In this document: positions 28,052-37,722 of the stretch, piece by piece | Layout of the letters: each line of letters opens with the position of its first letter | Position numbering within the stretch: position 1 is the first letter of the stretch | Source of the DNA: Terriglobia bacterium | GTDB taxonomy: Bacteria; Acidobacteriota; Terriglobia; 2-12-FULL-54-10 | Reading direction: 5' to 3' | Assembly (NCBI GenBank): GCA_963666975.2 | Contig: CAXVYR010000004.1 | Location: 1,888,001-1,952,000 of the forward strand | Length of the DNA stretch: 64,000 nt | Notes under the pieces: generated by a model | Told to the model about the DNA's origin: nothing | What the model saw: only the letters and a program-made list of their open reading frames with translations | Databases searched by the model: none | Translations under genes and position numbers: made by a program

Positions 28052-28111
28052 TACTGATCCCTGTAAACATCACTGATCCTTGCAAACGTCACTGCTCTCT
28101 GTAAACGTCTC
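28036..28111. repeat. 19-bp degenerate tandem repeat x4 across the ribD/ribE junction
   Basis: TGATCCCTGTAAACATTAC, TGATCCCTGTAAACATCAC, TGATCCTTGCAAACGTCAC, TGCTCTCTGTAAACGTCTC. Confidence 0.92.
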
Positions 28112-29276
28112 TGAGGTATCCTTCCACGGCAAAGTCGGGTCCGAAGTGGTGCAAGCGAATTTTCTCCACCGGCAAGGCGTCCCGCATGGCCCGTATGCCC
28201 GCCCCGCCCGCTAAGGGAAGCGATTCGATGCCCCCCAGCAACTTCGGCGCGTAATAGAGAAAGACTTTGTCCACCACGCCGGCTTCCAGAGCGGCCCAGT
28301 TGAGCGCCGACCCGGCCTCCATGAGGACGCTTGTGATCTGCCGGCTGCCCAGTTCCTTCATGGCCTCCCGCAAGCCGGGACGCTGCGGGTTTGAGGCGTG
28401 GTCCGGCGAGAGAGGAAAAACCTCGACTCCCCTCCCCTCCAATGCTTTTCGTTTTCCGGCATCAGCCCCGGTATCATCAGCCCCGGTATCAGAGGAAGCC
28501 GCGCAAAAGATCAGAAGATCGTCCTCCACCTGCTGCAACATCTGTGCCGTAAGCGGGATGCGCAGATGGGAGTCCATGACCACTCGCAACAGAGGTCGGC
28601 GGCGGGGTCGGCGACGGGGCCGACGGCGGGGCTGGCCGCTGCGGTCGGTCAGCAGAGGATCATCGGCCAGCACCGTGCCCACTCCGGTCAGGATGGCGTC
28701 GTGGGCATGACGCTGTTGCTGCACCTGCTCGCGCGCCTCCGCGCTGGTGATCCAGCCGCTGTTGGCATCATCCTCCGGAGCGGCTATCTTCCCATCGAGC
28801 GTCAGCCCGGCCTTCAGGGTCACCAGCGGCAGCCCGGCGCGGATATACCGCGCAAAGCTCTCGTTGAGCCGTTCCGCCTGCTCGCGGCAGAGTCCCGTCT
28901 CCACCTCGACGCCGGCCTGGCGAAGCTGCTCGAAGCCACGGCCCGCAACCAGCGGGTTAGGGTCCGGCATCGCCGCCACCACACGCTTCACTCCGGCGGC
29001 CAGCACCGCCTCCGTGCAGGGACCGGTGCGCCCCTGATGGCAGCATGGCTCGAGATTAATATAGAGCGTCGCTCCCCGGGCTGCCGCGCCAGCGGCTTTG
29101 GCGGTTTGCAGCGCCCGGACCTCGGCATGTTCCCTGCCGTCGTAGGTATGGAAGCCCTGGCCGATGAGGCGCCCGTCCTTCACCAGAAGCGCCCCGACCA
29201 GCGGATTCGGGGAGGCCAACGCCGTCCCTTGCCGGGCCAGCTCCAGTGCTTTGGAGATCCATTCTATGTCATCCAT
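28089..29276 (-). CDS. ribD: Riboflavin biosynthesis deaminase/reductase
   Basis: PNPLVG, HAEV, LEPCCHQGRTGPC, TLDGKIA, DDPLLT. Confidence 0.96.
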   Translation of the reverse strand: MDDIEWISKALELARQGTALASPNPLVGALLVKDGRLIGQGFHTYDGREHAEVRALQTAKAAGAAARGATLYINLEPCCHQGRTGPCTEAVLAAGVKRVVAAMPDPNPLVAGRGFEQLRQAGVEVETGLCREQAERLNESFARYIRAGLPLVTLKAGLTLDGKIAAPEDDANSGWITSAEAREQVQQQRHAHDAILTGVGTVLADDPLLTDRSGQPRRRPRRRPRRRPLLRVVMDSHLRIPLTAQMLQQVEDDLLIFCAASSDTGADDTGADAGKRKALEGRGVEVFPLSPDHASNPQRPGLREAMKELGSRQITSVLMEAGSALNWAALEAGVVDKVFLYYAPKLLGGIESLPLAGGAGIRAMRDALPVEKIRLHHFGPDFAVEGYLRDVYREQ

Positions 29277-29382
29277 TCCACTGCCTGCATTCCATGCCTC
29301 GTGTCATATCCCCGGGTTGGACTTCTTGTGAGTGTTCGCCGGAACAAGCACGGCTTGCTAGAAAGGGGTCGCGCCCGGAACT

Positions 29383-30330
29383 TTACGCGAACAGGGATTC
29401 GACAAACTGCTCCGCGTCGAAGGGCAGCAGGTCCTCCTGCTGTTCCCCGACGCCCACATAGCGGATGGGCAGCTGCAACTCGCGGGCGATGGCCAATACC
29501 ACGCCTCCCTTGGCGGTCCCGTCCAGCTTGGTGAGCACGATGCCGGTCACGCCCATGCTCCGGGCGAATTGCTTCGCCTGTTCGAGCCCGTTTTGGCCGG
29601 TCGTTGCATCCATCACCAGCAGGACTTCGTGCGGGGCATCGGGGATCAGCCGCTGTCCCGTTCTGCGCATCTTTTCGAGTTCCGCCATCAGGTTGGCCTT
29701 GGTGTGCAGACGCCCGGCCGTGTCCACGATTACATAATCGGCGCGCCGCGCCTTCGCGGCCGTGAGAGCGTCAAAGAGCACCGCGCTGGGATCAGCGCCG
29801 GGCCTTTGCTTGACGACGGCGGCCGAGGTCCGCTGTCCCCAGATTTCCAACTGCTCCACGGCGGCGGCACGAAACGTATCCCCGGCGCACAGCAGCACCT
29901 TTTTCCCCTGGCTGCCCAACTGAAAGGCGAGCTTCCCGATCGTCGTGGTCTTGCCCGTACCGTTGACGCCTACCATGAAAATTACCACCGGAGGAGTTCT
30001 ATGCTGGGGAACCCCATTCGTGATTCTCGCGAAGATATCCTGGAGCTGAAATTTAACCGCGGACTTCAACTCCGCGGCGTCACTCAATTGCTTGCGGCTC
30101 ACCTGCGCCCGCACGGCATCGAGCACCTCTTGCGTGGTGCCCACGCCCACGTCACCGCCAATCAGGGCTTGTTCCAGTTCTTCCAGCAGCTCGGCGTCGA
30201 TCTCTTTTTTTTCCCGCACGAGATCGTCCACGCGGGCAATCAGGCTCGTTTTGGTGGACTCGACGGCCTTCTGCAGACGCTCCAGCAGCCTGGGCTCTGG
30301 TTCTGTCGTGCCAAATAGGGTTTGGATCAT
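29383..30330 (-). CDS. ftsY: SRP receptor FtsY
   Basis: GVNGTGKTTT, DTFRAAA, DTAGRL, TKLDGTAKGG. Confidence 0.96.
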   Translation of the reverse strand: MIQTLFGTTEPEPRLLERLQKAVESTKTSLIARVDDLVREKKEIDAELLEELEQALIGGDVGVGTTQEVLDAVRAQVSRKQLSDAAELKSAVKFQLQDIFARITNGVPQHRTPPVVIFMVGVNGTGKTTTIGKLAFQLGSQGKKVLLCAGDTFRAAAVEQLEIWGQRTSAAVVKQRPGADPSAVLFDALTAAKARRADYVIVDTAGRLHTKANLMAELEKMRRTGQRLIPDAPHEVLLVMDATTGQNGLEQAKQFARSMGVTGIVLTKLDGTAKGGVVLAIARELQLPIRYVGVGEQQEDLLPFDAEQFVESLFA

Positions 30331-30429
30331 GGACGGGTTCGCCCTCTCCATGAATATAACACATTCGGAAAATGTCCGGCGGAACGGCACGAACCGGGCG
30401 GAAGGGGGAGACGAATGCAGCTAACGAAT

Positions 30430-30705
30430 TTATTGACGGCGGAGCTGGCTGAGTTCGGAGGTGATCAGGGACTCAAAGATAGCAAGGACCCGCTTGCGGT
30501 AGGGAACGATTACTTCCAACGCCTCCCGGTACCAAGGGTCATGGCCCAGCATGGTTTCCCACCGTGCGACAACGTCCGCGGAAACGTCAATATCCTCGCG
30601 AAGACCGTCCAGGGAATGCCCGCGGAGGAACAGCCCGTAAAAGAAGGCTGCTTCTCTCTGAGGTGACATGCCGTTGAGTTCAGGGGGTGCTTGCTCCATT
30701 GTCAT
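30430..30705 (-). CDS. Small hypothetical protein (91 aa)
   Basis: Compact helical-looking ORF, co-oriented upstream of ftsY, preceded by an AT-rich region. Confidence 0.7.
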   Translation of the reverse strand: MTMEQAPPELNGMSPQREAAFFYGLFLRGHSLDGLREDIDVSADVVARWETMLGHDPWYREALEVIVPYRKRVLAIFESLITSELSQLRRQ

Positions 30706-31058
30706 TCTCTTGAATTGAGTGAGATAGTGTATCCGTTTCCCTGCTTGTTCGCAATAAAATTTTGAGCGGCCCGCCGAATTTTTTTATCATCATTGCCATC
30801 CGGGCGGATGAGTTCCTTATATGGCACCTCATCACCTTGAAGTGCATTATAACACACTTTATATCAACGAGTTAACTAAATTCTACAATTCTTAACAGCT
30901 CCAGTTGAGGGTATTCTAAGGATTACACAGTAAGCTCACTCTCTCAGCTCCAGGTTCTGCCAAACGCCGGTTTGGTAAGGATTTTCCAGGCGGGACACCC
31001 TTGCTAGGGGAAATTCCCTGTGCTGTTTCACGACCCGCGCTCTTTCACAAGAAGCCAC

Positions 31059-31766
31059 TTAGTTTTTTTCCATCGGATTCGCCGATTCTCTGGCCTTGTA
31101 TGCCTCCGCCTCCGCCATTCGCCAGGAGAACCGCTCCCGCGAGAGCAGGTAGAGGGCGCCAAAGAAGATCACCCCTTCCACCAGTAGTTCCAACCCGTAA
31201 CCCGCCAGAAAATAAGGATTCTGCACACGCTCACGCCAGCTCAACGAGACCGGGCTTTCGGAGAAAAACAGATACAGGCGCTCTCCCCAGCCGGTTTGGT
31301 AATGAATCGCATCGTGAACTTGCTCCATCCGACTGATGGTTAGGGGGACCAGGTCAGCGACCGTTGCCAGCATTCCTCCCGCCAGATACCCGACGGAATT
31401 CCACTGTTTGCTCTTCCACACGATATACGCCAGCCCCAGCGAAGCCGTCAAGACCCTCAGCAGCGGGTAGGAGTAGCTCCCCACGCCGATCCACAAGGAA
31501 AGAAGCAACCAGATGAGGGCGACTTCCCGGTTCCATCTCCTGAGAAGCAAGGCGAAGCCAGCGCCGATCAATCCCAATCCCAGAAAGATAGGAACTCTTC
31601 CCGGAGATTTCATCAAGCCCACATCCTCAAAGTGGGGAATGGCATCGAGCAGGAAATGCGATGCGAAGGCAAGCGGAAGAGCCAGCGTCCACCCGTAGCG
31701 AGGAAATCGGGACCGCAGTTTTTGATAGATGACCGTTCCAGCAGCGGCGTGTGTCAGGGGAGTCAT
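31059..31766 (-). CDS. Hypothetical membrane protein, possibly metal-dependent hydrolase-like
   Basis: THAAAG and SHFLLDAIPH motifs; several TM segments. Confidence 0.65.
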   Translation of the reverse strand: MTPLTHAAAGTVIYQKLRSRFPRYGWTLALPLAFASHFLLDAIPHFEDVGLMKSPGRVPIFLGLGLIGAGFALLLRRWNREVALIWLLLSLWIGVGSYSYPLLRVLTASLGLAYIVWKSKQWNSVGYLAGGMLATVADLVPLTISRMEQVHDAIHYQTGWGERLYLFFSESPVSLSWRERVQNPYFLAGYGLELLVEGVIFFGALYLLSRERFSWRMAEAEAYKARESANPMEKN

Positions 31767-31892
31767 GGGTGAAAAAACCGCTCAGAAAGAAGCGGAACAA
31801 AGAAAGGGGGTACCAATCAAATATACCACAAACACATCGCTGAAACGATTGCGCCTCAGGAGAACATTAGAGGCGAGCATGGGAGACGGTCG

Positions 31893-33356
31893 CTACCGGT
31901 TGTCGGTATCGGCGCGAACGCGGTCCTGACCCGGCTGGCCTTGCCGCAACGCATCGAAGAAGATGAAGTACGACCGGCTCCACATCTCGGTGGGCACCAA
32001 GCCGCGCGGCGCCGCCGTGCAGACAATCCGAAAAGCGTTTTCGCCGGATTCCATCGGAGGAAGGGCCTGGGGCGCCTCCGCAGAAGGCTCCACGGCAGCC
32101 AGATGGCCGAGGATATCGTAGATGATACCTTCCGTCCGCGCGGCGGGCGTCTGGAAGTCCCCGCACAAGAATTGCAGTTGGGCGTCCACCTCGTGGAAAT
32201 GCCAGGCCAGGCAGGCGCAGAACTCTACGGCGACCTCGAATTGCCGGAGAGCCGTCTCGTCCAGCGACCCGATACGCCGGTCGAAGATCAATTGCAGGCG
32301 GCGCTCGTCTTCCCGTGCGAACTCCCGCACCTTCAAGCCGCCGGTGCGGGCCGAGGCCTTCCAGTCCACGTGCCGTGCGCTGTCGGTGGACAGCATATCG
32401 CGGATGCTGTACAGGTCGTGCCCACGGCCCCGCTCGAAGGCTTCGATCTCCCCGCTCAGCATCGGGAGAATCTCATAGAACTCTTCGGTCGGCTCCACGG
32501 CGGGATAGACCCACAGATCGTGCGAGACCGGCAAGCGCAGCTTCTTTTCGAGAAATCCAAAGGGAAAGCGGGTGCCGAGCGAGAACCCCTTCTCCCGATA
32601 CAGTCCTCGTTGCGGGAAGTTTAATTCCACCGGCTGAGTGACTGCACGGGCGGCCGGCAAGAAAGAAAAATAGATAGGTCGCCTTAGAATTTTGCGGCCC
32701 GGATCATCTGTTGAAGCCAGATGGGAAGTAGAACTGCCGGGCTCCGGAGAGGACCGCTTTCGTTTCCGCTTCTTTTTCTTTCCGGAATCACCGCCCCCGG
32801 TCAGGGTAATCGAGAAGGAAGGGATGAGCTTCTTTTGATTTCTCAGTGTGATGCGCGCCGGAACGGGCCGCCGCGCAAAGACGTGATCCGGCAGCATCAC
32901 CTCCAGCCCGACGCCCGTCAGCACCGCCATGGAAAGAAATCCTGACATCAGGATCGCCGCCAGCAGGCTGGCCAGGACCATATACAACAGGTTGTTTCCC
33001 GTATTGAGCCCGGCAATCGCCAGGACCAATATGAGGACGATGAAGGCGATCCCCTCCCGCGTCAGCTTGTAGTCGATGCTGACACGCAACCATCGCAGGC
33101 TGCTGCGCCGTGCCAGGTAGGGGACGGCGGTGATGGCGACGTATCCGGCCAGCAACAATGCCAGCGTGGCGCTGACGGCGGTGGCAACCAGCCGGCCGTC
33201 TTCCCGAAAAATGCGGGAGTAAATCGCCAGCAGGAACGCCACGCCCAAAGCCGCCAGGGAAAAGGCAAACTTCTTCCACCCGGGGCGGTCCAGCCGCTCC
33301 AGATAGCCTCGGTAGATATTTCTTAGCAGGCCGTGCGCAGGATTGCGTTCCACCAT
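31893..33356 (-). CDS. DUF58 domain-containing membrane protein
   Basis: AGLNTGNNLLY, TRFPFGF, DSARHVDWKASAR, VREF. Confidence 0.88.
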   Translation of the reverse strand: MVERNPAHGLLRNIYRGYLERLDRPGWKKFAFSLAALGVAFLLAIYSRIFREDGRLVATAVSATLALLLAGYVAITAVPYLARRSSLRWLRVSIDYKLTREGIAFIVLILVLAIAGLNTGNNLLYMVLASLLAAILMSGFLSMAVLTGVGLEVMLPDHVFARRPVPARITLRNQKKLIPSFSITLTGGGDSGKKKKRKRKRSSPEPGSSTSHLASTDDPGRKILRRPIYFSFLPAARAVTQPVELNFPQRGLYREKGFSLGTRFPFGFLEKKLRLPVSHDLWVYPAVEPTEEFYEILPMLSGEIEAFERGRGHDLYSIRDMLSTDSARHVDWKASARTGGLKVREFAREDERRLQLIFDRRIGSLDETALRQFEVAVEFCACLAWHFHEVDAQLQFLCGDFQTPAARTEGIIYDILGHLAAVEPSAEAPQALPPMESGENAFRIVCTAAPRGLVPTEMWSRSYFIFFDALRQGQPGQDRVRADTDNR

Positions 33357-33427
33357 AAAAGCATACCACCGGAGTGTGACGAGGGGAGCAACTAGACCAT
33401 GATTATTGCTGTAACCCACGCTGCGGT

Positions 33428-33477
33428 GTCATTCCGAGCCCTTCGGCTGCGCTCAGGACAGGCTCCGCGAGGAATCT
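33428..33477 (+). repeat. REP-like element with an internal REP-B unit
   Basis: GTCATTCCGAGC CCTTCGGCTGCGCTCAGGACAGGCT CCGCGAGGAATCT. Confidence 0.7.
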
Positions 33478-33578
33478 GCTTGTCAATCGCAACGACATAT
33501 TTGACAAGCCGGAGGGTTTTTTCAACAAGCTTCCGATAGGTTGAATCCACCCGAAAAGTCTCTGCAAGGATTTTGATC

Positions 33579-35027
33579 GAGGGTGTCCCATACATAGTTG
33601 AAGGTTGAACGGCGGTTCGGCCCGAATCGAATAGAATCGGGCCAAGCCTAAATCCTATAGAAGGAGAACCGCCGAATGAAGGGAAAATATCACGTTTTGG
33701 AACTGGGTTCCAAGGGAGCCGAAGAAACCATCCAGAAGTTTTGCCAAACCAACGGACAGATGCTGTTGCCGGTGGTGGATCTGATCACGGAGGCGCGTCT
33801 GGCGGTGGATGAGGTGATTGATCGGGCCGGGCGAGGTTTGATTGAAACGATTCTGAGCATGAGCGCAGAGCAAATCGCGGGGCCAAAGAGTCCCGGGAAG
33901 GCGAGCGGAGAGGTGCGCTGGCATGGCCGGCAATTGGGGAGGGTGAAACTGGCCGATCGCCAGCTGCGGGTGGAGCGGCCCCGGCTGCGCCGGAAGGGCG
34001 GAGGGGAAGAAGCGGTGCCGGCCTACGAAGCACTGCGGAAAAGCGAGAAGACGGGCGAGGAGATGTTCGAGGCACTGTTGAAAGGGGTTTCGACGCGGAA
34101 CTACCGCGAGGTGATCCCGGAGATGGCCAACAGCGCTGGGGTGTCGAAGTCTCAGGTGAGCCGGGAAGCGGCCGAGCAAGGAGCGCGGCGGCTGGAAGAA
34201 CTGTTGGCGCGGCGCTGGGAGGAGGTCGAGATTCTGGTGATTTACCTGGACGGAATGCGGTTCGGCTCCCACCACGTCATCAGCGCCGTGGGCGTGGACA
34301 TCGAGGGCCGCAAGCATGTGCTGGGGATTCAACTGGGCGCGACCGAAAACGCCGCTGCGGTGAAAGACCTTCTCACCCGCCTGCGCCAGCAAGGTCTGCG
34401 CACGGATCAGCGCTATCTGTTTGTGATCGACGGCGCCAAAGCGCTCCGCGCGGGGATCGAGGAAGTATTCGGCAGCAATCAGCTGGTGCAGCGTTGCCGT
34501 ACTCATAAGCTGCGCAACGTGGCTGAGCGGTTACCAAAGGGCGACAAAATGCTGGCGAATCAGGTGCGGTCGCTGATGCGCGCCGCCTGGCGATTGCCCC
34601 AAGCCGAGGAAGGCATCGTGCGCATAAAGAAGCTCGCTGGGATGATCGAGTGCGATCATCCGGCAGCAGCCGCCAGCTTGCGCGAAGGGTTGGAGGAGAC
34701 CTTTACGATCAATCGAGCCGACGTTCCTCCCAGCCTCCACCGCTGCCTGGCAACCACGAACCTCATCGAGAGCCCGCAGTCGGGCGTGCGGAAAAAGACT
34801 GGCAATGTTTGCCGCTGGCGCGACGGCGAGATGACGTTGCGCTGGGTGGCAGGAGCGTTTCTGCTGACCGAGAAGAATTTCCGGAAGATCATGGGTTATC
34901 ACGATCTCTGGGCTTTGGCATCGATTCTCGGCCGAAGTCCAAACGCTGCTTCCTCTCACAAGGAGAAAGTGGCGTAATATGAACTCAACCCGCCGTCCCA
35001 ACCTGCAACTGAGTTTGGGACACCTTC
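33579..35027 (+). mobile_element. IS256-family insertion sequence (1449 bp)
   Basis: Imperfect IRs GAGGGTGTCCCA.. / ..TGGGACACCTTC; perfect 8-bp target duplication TTTTGATC at 33571-33578 and 35028-35035. Confidence 0.95.
33676..34977 (+). CDS. IS256-family (Mutator-like) transposase
   Basis: GVSTRNY, IYLDG, GRKHVLG, VIDGAKAL, QRCRTHKLRN, TTNLIES. Confidence 0.95.
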   Translation: MKGKYHVLELGSKGAEETIQKFCQTNGQMLLPVVDLITEARLAVDEVIDRAGRGLIETILSMSAEQIAGPKSPGKASGEVRWHGRQLGRVKLADRQLRVERPRLRRKGGGEEAVPAYEALRKSEKTGEEMFEALLKGVSTRNYREVIPEMANSAGVSKSQVSREAAEQGARRLEELLARRWEEVEILVIYLDGMRFGSHHVISAVGVDIEGRKHVLGIQLGATENAAAVKDLLTRLRQQGLRTDQRYLFVIDGAKALRAGIEEVFGSNQLVQRCRTHKLRNVAERLPKGDKMLANQVRSLMRAAWRLPQAEEGIVRIKKLAGMIECDHPAAAASLREGLEETFTINRADVPPSLHRCLATTNLIESPQSGVRKKTGNVCRWRDGEMTLRWVAGAFLLTEKNFRKIMGYHDLWALASILGRSPNAASSHKEKVA

Positions 35028-35138
35028 TTTTGATCCCTCCGATGTGTTGAATTACAATCCCAACATGGTGACGGAGCCATTTGGGCCGAAAAGAAACCCT
35101 TTTATCACATTTCCCGATTGTGAGACACTAAACGCCGT

Positions 35139-36539
35139 ATGCAAGCTCAACTGAAGCGCTTCTGCGTTGTCGGCCTTCATGACCGACGAACCATTGACGT
35201 CCACATTGAGGATAATAAGCTAATTCTGGTCGGCGAAAACGGCACAGGGAAGAGCACGTTTGCCAACCTGATTTACTTTTTCCTCACTAGACAATGGCGC
35301 CGCTTGCACGAGTATCGCTTTGAAGTCATAGAAGCTTCGCTTGGCGATGTGTTTTTTTCTGTCACCCCTAGTGAAATGGATGCTTACTTCGCCGCTCGAA
35401 AGGAATCTACCGCTCAGAGAAGGTATTTGACTCCATGGCGCCGATCATTTATAAGGCGGATACAAGACTACTCTCTCCAGGAACTGGAGCATGATCAGAG
35501 CCTGATTCGCACGTTCGCTGAGGAAATGGACGTTTCACTAAGCGCAGTAAGAGAATTGATTGACAGCTACTTGGACGACGTAAAAAAGGAACCTACAAAG
35601 CTTCAACAGACCGAAGAAAAGCTTTCGTCGATCATTAAAAGCCAGCTTCTATACCTGCCAACCTACAGGCGAATTGAACAAGAGCTGAGGTCGATTTTTC
35701 GCGGGCTTGACATCGAATCAGATATCAAAAAGTTCCGTATGCGGCTATCTGCGCGGCGCGAAGGCGCTCCGTTTATAGAGCTTGTTGAATTCGGCATGGA
35801 AGACGTAGAGCAGATGATTACAAATAGAATGAGTCAGATCAAGGAAAGTGTCCGAAATGGTTTGGGTAACCTGACGGGCACGTACTTGCGTGAAGTCATT
35901 CGCGGTGTGCACACAAAAGTAGATGTGGTACGTGTTCGAGATATTGATTCAAAGACATTGGACGCAATCTTTGAGCGCATAGACGAAGCAACGCTGCCTG
36001 CGGAGGACAAAGGTCAGCTGAAAGAGAAAGTTGCGACTATTTCGGCGAGACGTGAAATTCATGATCAAGATAAGGTTATCGCCCACTTCCTAGTGAAATT
36101 AGTTGAGCTTTACAAAGATCAGCAACTAAGTGAGAGGGACGTACGGGACTTCGTTGCGCTGTGTAATCAGTATCTGACAGGGAAGGAGATGGTCTACGAT
36201 AATACAAAATATACAATATTCATTCGGCTTGAAATGCAGGATGGCCAGTCTCAAGAACCACTCAAAATGAAACTGCTTTCCTCCGGAGAGAAGCAGATCG
36301 TCTCTCTCTTTGCTCATCTTTATCTCTCAGGAGAGAAGAGCTTTAACGTAGTGATCGATGAACCAGAGTTGTCCCTCTCCGTTCCTTGGCAGCGCAGGTT
36401 CTTGCCGGACATCCTAAAAACAGAATTGTGTCACGGCCTTATAGCTGTGACGCATTCACCTTTCGTGTGGGATAACGAGTTAGAGCCATATGTAAGATCG
36501 CTGGCCGAGTTTACCAAACCTTATCATGAGTCTCATTGA
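35139..36539 (+). CDS. ABC-type (AAA_15/AAA_21) ATPase, PARIS AriA-like
   Basis: GENGTGKS, YLPTYRRIE, LSSGEKQ, IDEPELSL, VTHSPF; long helical insert; lower GC. Confidence 0.88.
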   Translation: MQAQLKRFCVVGLHDRRTIDVHIEDNKLILVGENGTGKSTFANLIYFFLTRQWRRLHEYRFEVIEASLGDVFFSVTPSEMDAYFAARKESTAQRRYLTPWRRSFIRRIQDYSLQELEHDQSLIRTFAEEMDVSLSAVRELIDSYLDDVKKEPTKLQQTEEKLSSIIKSQLLYLPTYRRIEQELRSIFRGLDIESDIKKFRMRLSARREGAPFIELVEFGMEDVEQMITNRMSQIKESVRNGLGNLTGTYLREVIRGVHTKVDVVRVRDIDSKTLDAIFERIDEATLPAEDKGQLKEKVATISARREIHDQDKVIAHFLVKLVELYKDQQLSERDVRDFVALCNQYLTGKEMVYDNTKYTIFIRLEMQDGQSQEPLKMKLLSSGEKQIVSLFAHLYLSGEKSFNVVIDEPELSLSVPWQRRFLPDILKTELCHGLIAVTHSPFVWDNELEPYVRSLAEFTKPYHESH

Positions 36540-37549
36540 CGATCTCCGGCAATCAAGGTCAAGCCGAGTATCAGTACTCCACGAGTTTTGGACTCAGTAT
36601 GATCCTGGCCAAAAGAGAGTACACGTCTTCTTTGAGGGCCACGATGATCTTGCATTTTACAGACCCTTCATCGAGCAACAAATGGCTGTCGGGGGTCGGC
36701 TTGTTCCGTACCGCTGCGGTGGGAAGCGGGGTGTTTACGAGGCATTTGACGGGATTACACAGCGGAACCCTGCTATTAGGGGTGTTCTGTTTTTTGTTGA
36801 TTAAGGATGTTGATGATATTTTGGGGAAGCCATGGCCAACAGATCCACGGATTTTTGTTACAGATGTGTACTCAATTGAAAACTATCTAGTATCGCGGGA
36901 CAGTTTTATACGTTTTTGCCAAGAGGCCGTTCGTTTAGGTGATGTCGGGTTTCAGCTGCATAGTCCGCTACTGGATCGATTTGACGAACAACTTAGTCGC
37001 TTTCAGCGCCTCATCATCCCCCTTATGGCATGGGTTGTTACGATGCGAAGGGAGGGCCAGAGGCCTATTTTGACAAACATCAACCTCGGCGAGTTTTTTG
37101 AGATTGATGTCGAATGTTCGGTTCGCCTTAGGCCGTGCAAGGGGGTTGAATATTTGAACCGTGTCGCTGGTGTCAGATGGCCTAGAGATTATTGGCGGCG
37201 GGTTTTGTCAACGTCTAGGGAACTGAACAGGATGCCTCCCAAGAGGGTGATACGAGGGAAGTTCGAAGCATGGTTTTTTGTGGAGTTTTGGAAGAAATCA
37301 ATACGCAAAATTCAAGAATTGGCAAGGGAAGGCAATGCAAGAGCAACCATTCGGCTGCAACTTGAGCATGCAAATTTCATTGTGGTCTTAGCAGGAAGAA
37401 TGAACGTTCCGCGTTCCCTGGAGTTATTTCTGGTGCAAAATCTTCGAGTGCCGGCTACACCCGAAGCAAGTGTGCCAGTAGAAGCGGCGGTTGTCGGTGG
37501 CTGGGCAGCCAAAGTACTGCGATCCATAAGACGGTTTTTTTCAGGGTGA
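36526..37549 (+). CDS. DUF4435/TOPRIM-like protein, PARIS AriB-like (frameshift near 36800)
   Basis: FFEGHDD, CGGK, FFVD|KDVD, YSIENYL; deleting one T from GATTAAG fuses the two ORFs; 14-nt overlap with the ATPase gene. Confidence 0.8.
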
Positions 37550-37722
37550 AGCTTTCGATTTGCGAAGCATGCTGTTAATTTCAAATGCGGTATTAGGTGC
37601 ACACGAGAGCTGAAGTCGATGTGCAAAAACCATGTAGTTTTGCTTGGAAGGAACTGTTTGGCTTGTCGCTTTAGGTTTTCAATCGATTCCGTGGCTACTC
37701 CCCCGTGGGAGCTTTTGGCACA

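Noticed and set aside
28036-28111. Possible mini CRISPR array
   Set aside because: Units are contiguous without spacers, overlap coding ends, and no cas genes are present
29277-29382. FMN riboswitch upstream of ribD
   Set aside because: The gap is short and lacks RFN consensus motifs
1679-35027. Composite transposon or prophage bounded by the two IS elements
   Set aside because: Different IS families, IS256 has its own target duplication, and the interval holds core genes and no phage genes
36536-36800. N-terminus of the 337-aa ORF as the real AriB-like start, or stop-codon readthrough
   Set aside because: TOPRIM motifs lie in the 36526 frame and continuation needs a frame change, not readthrough
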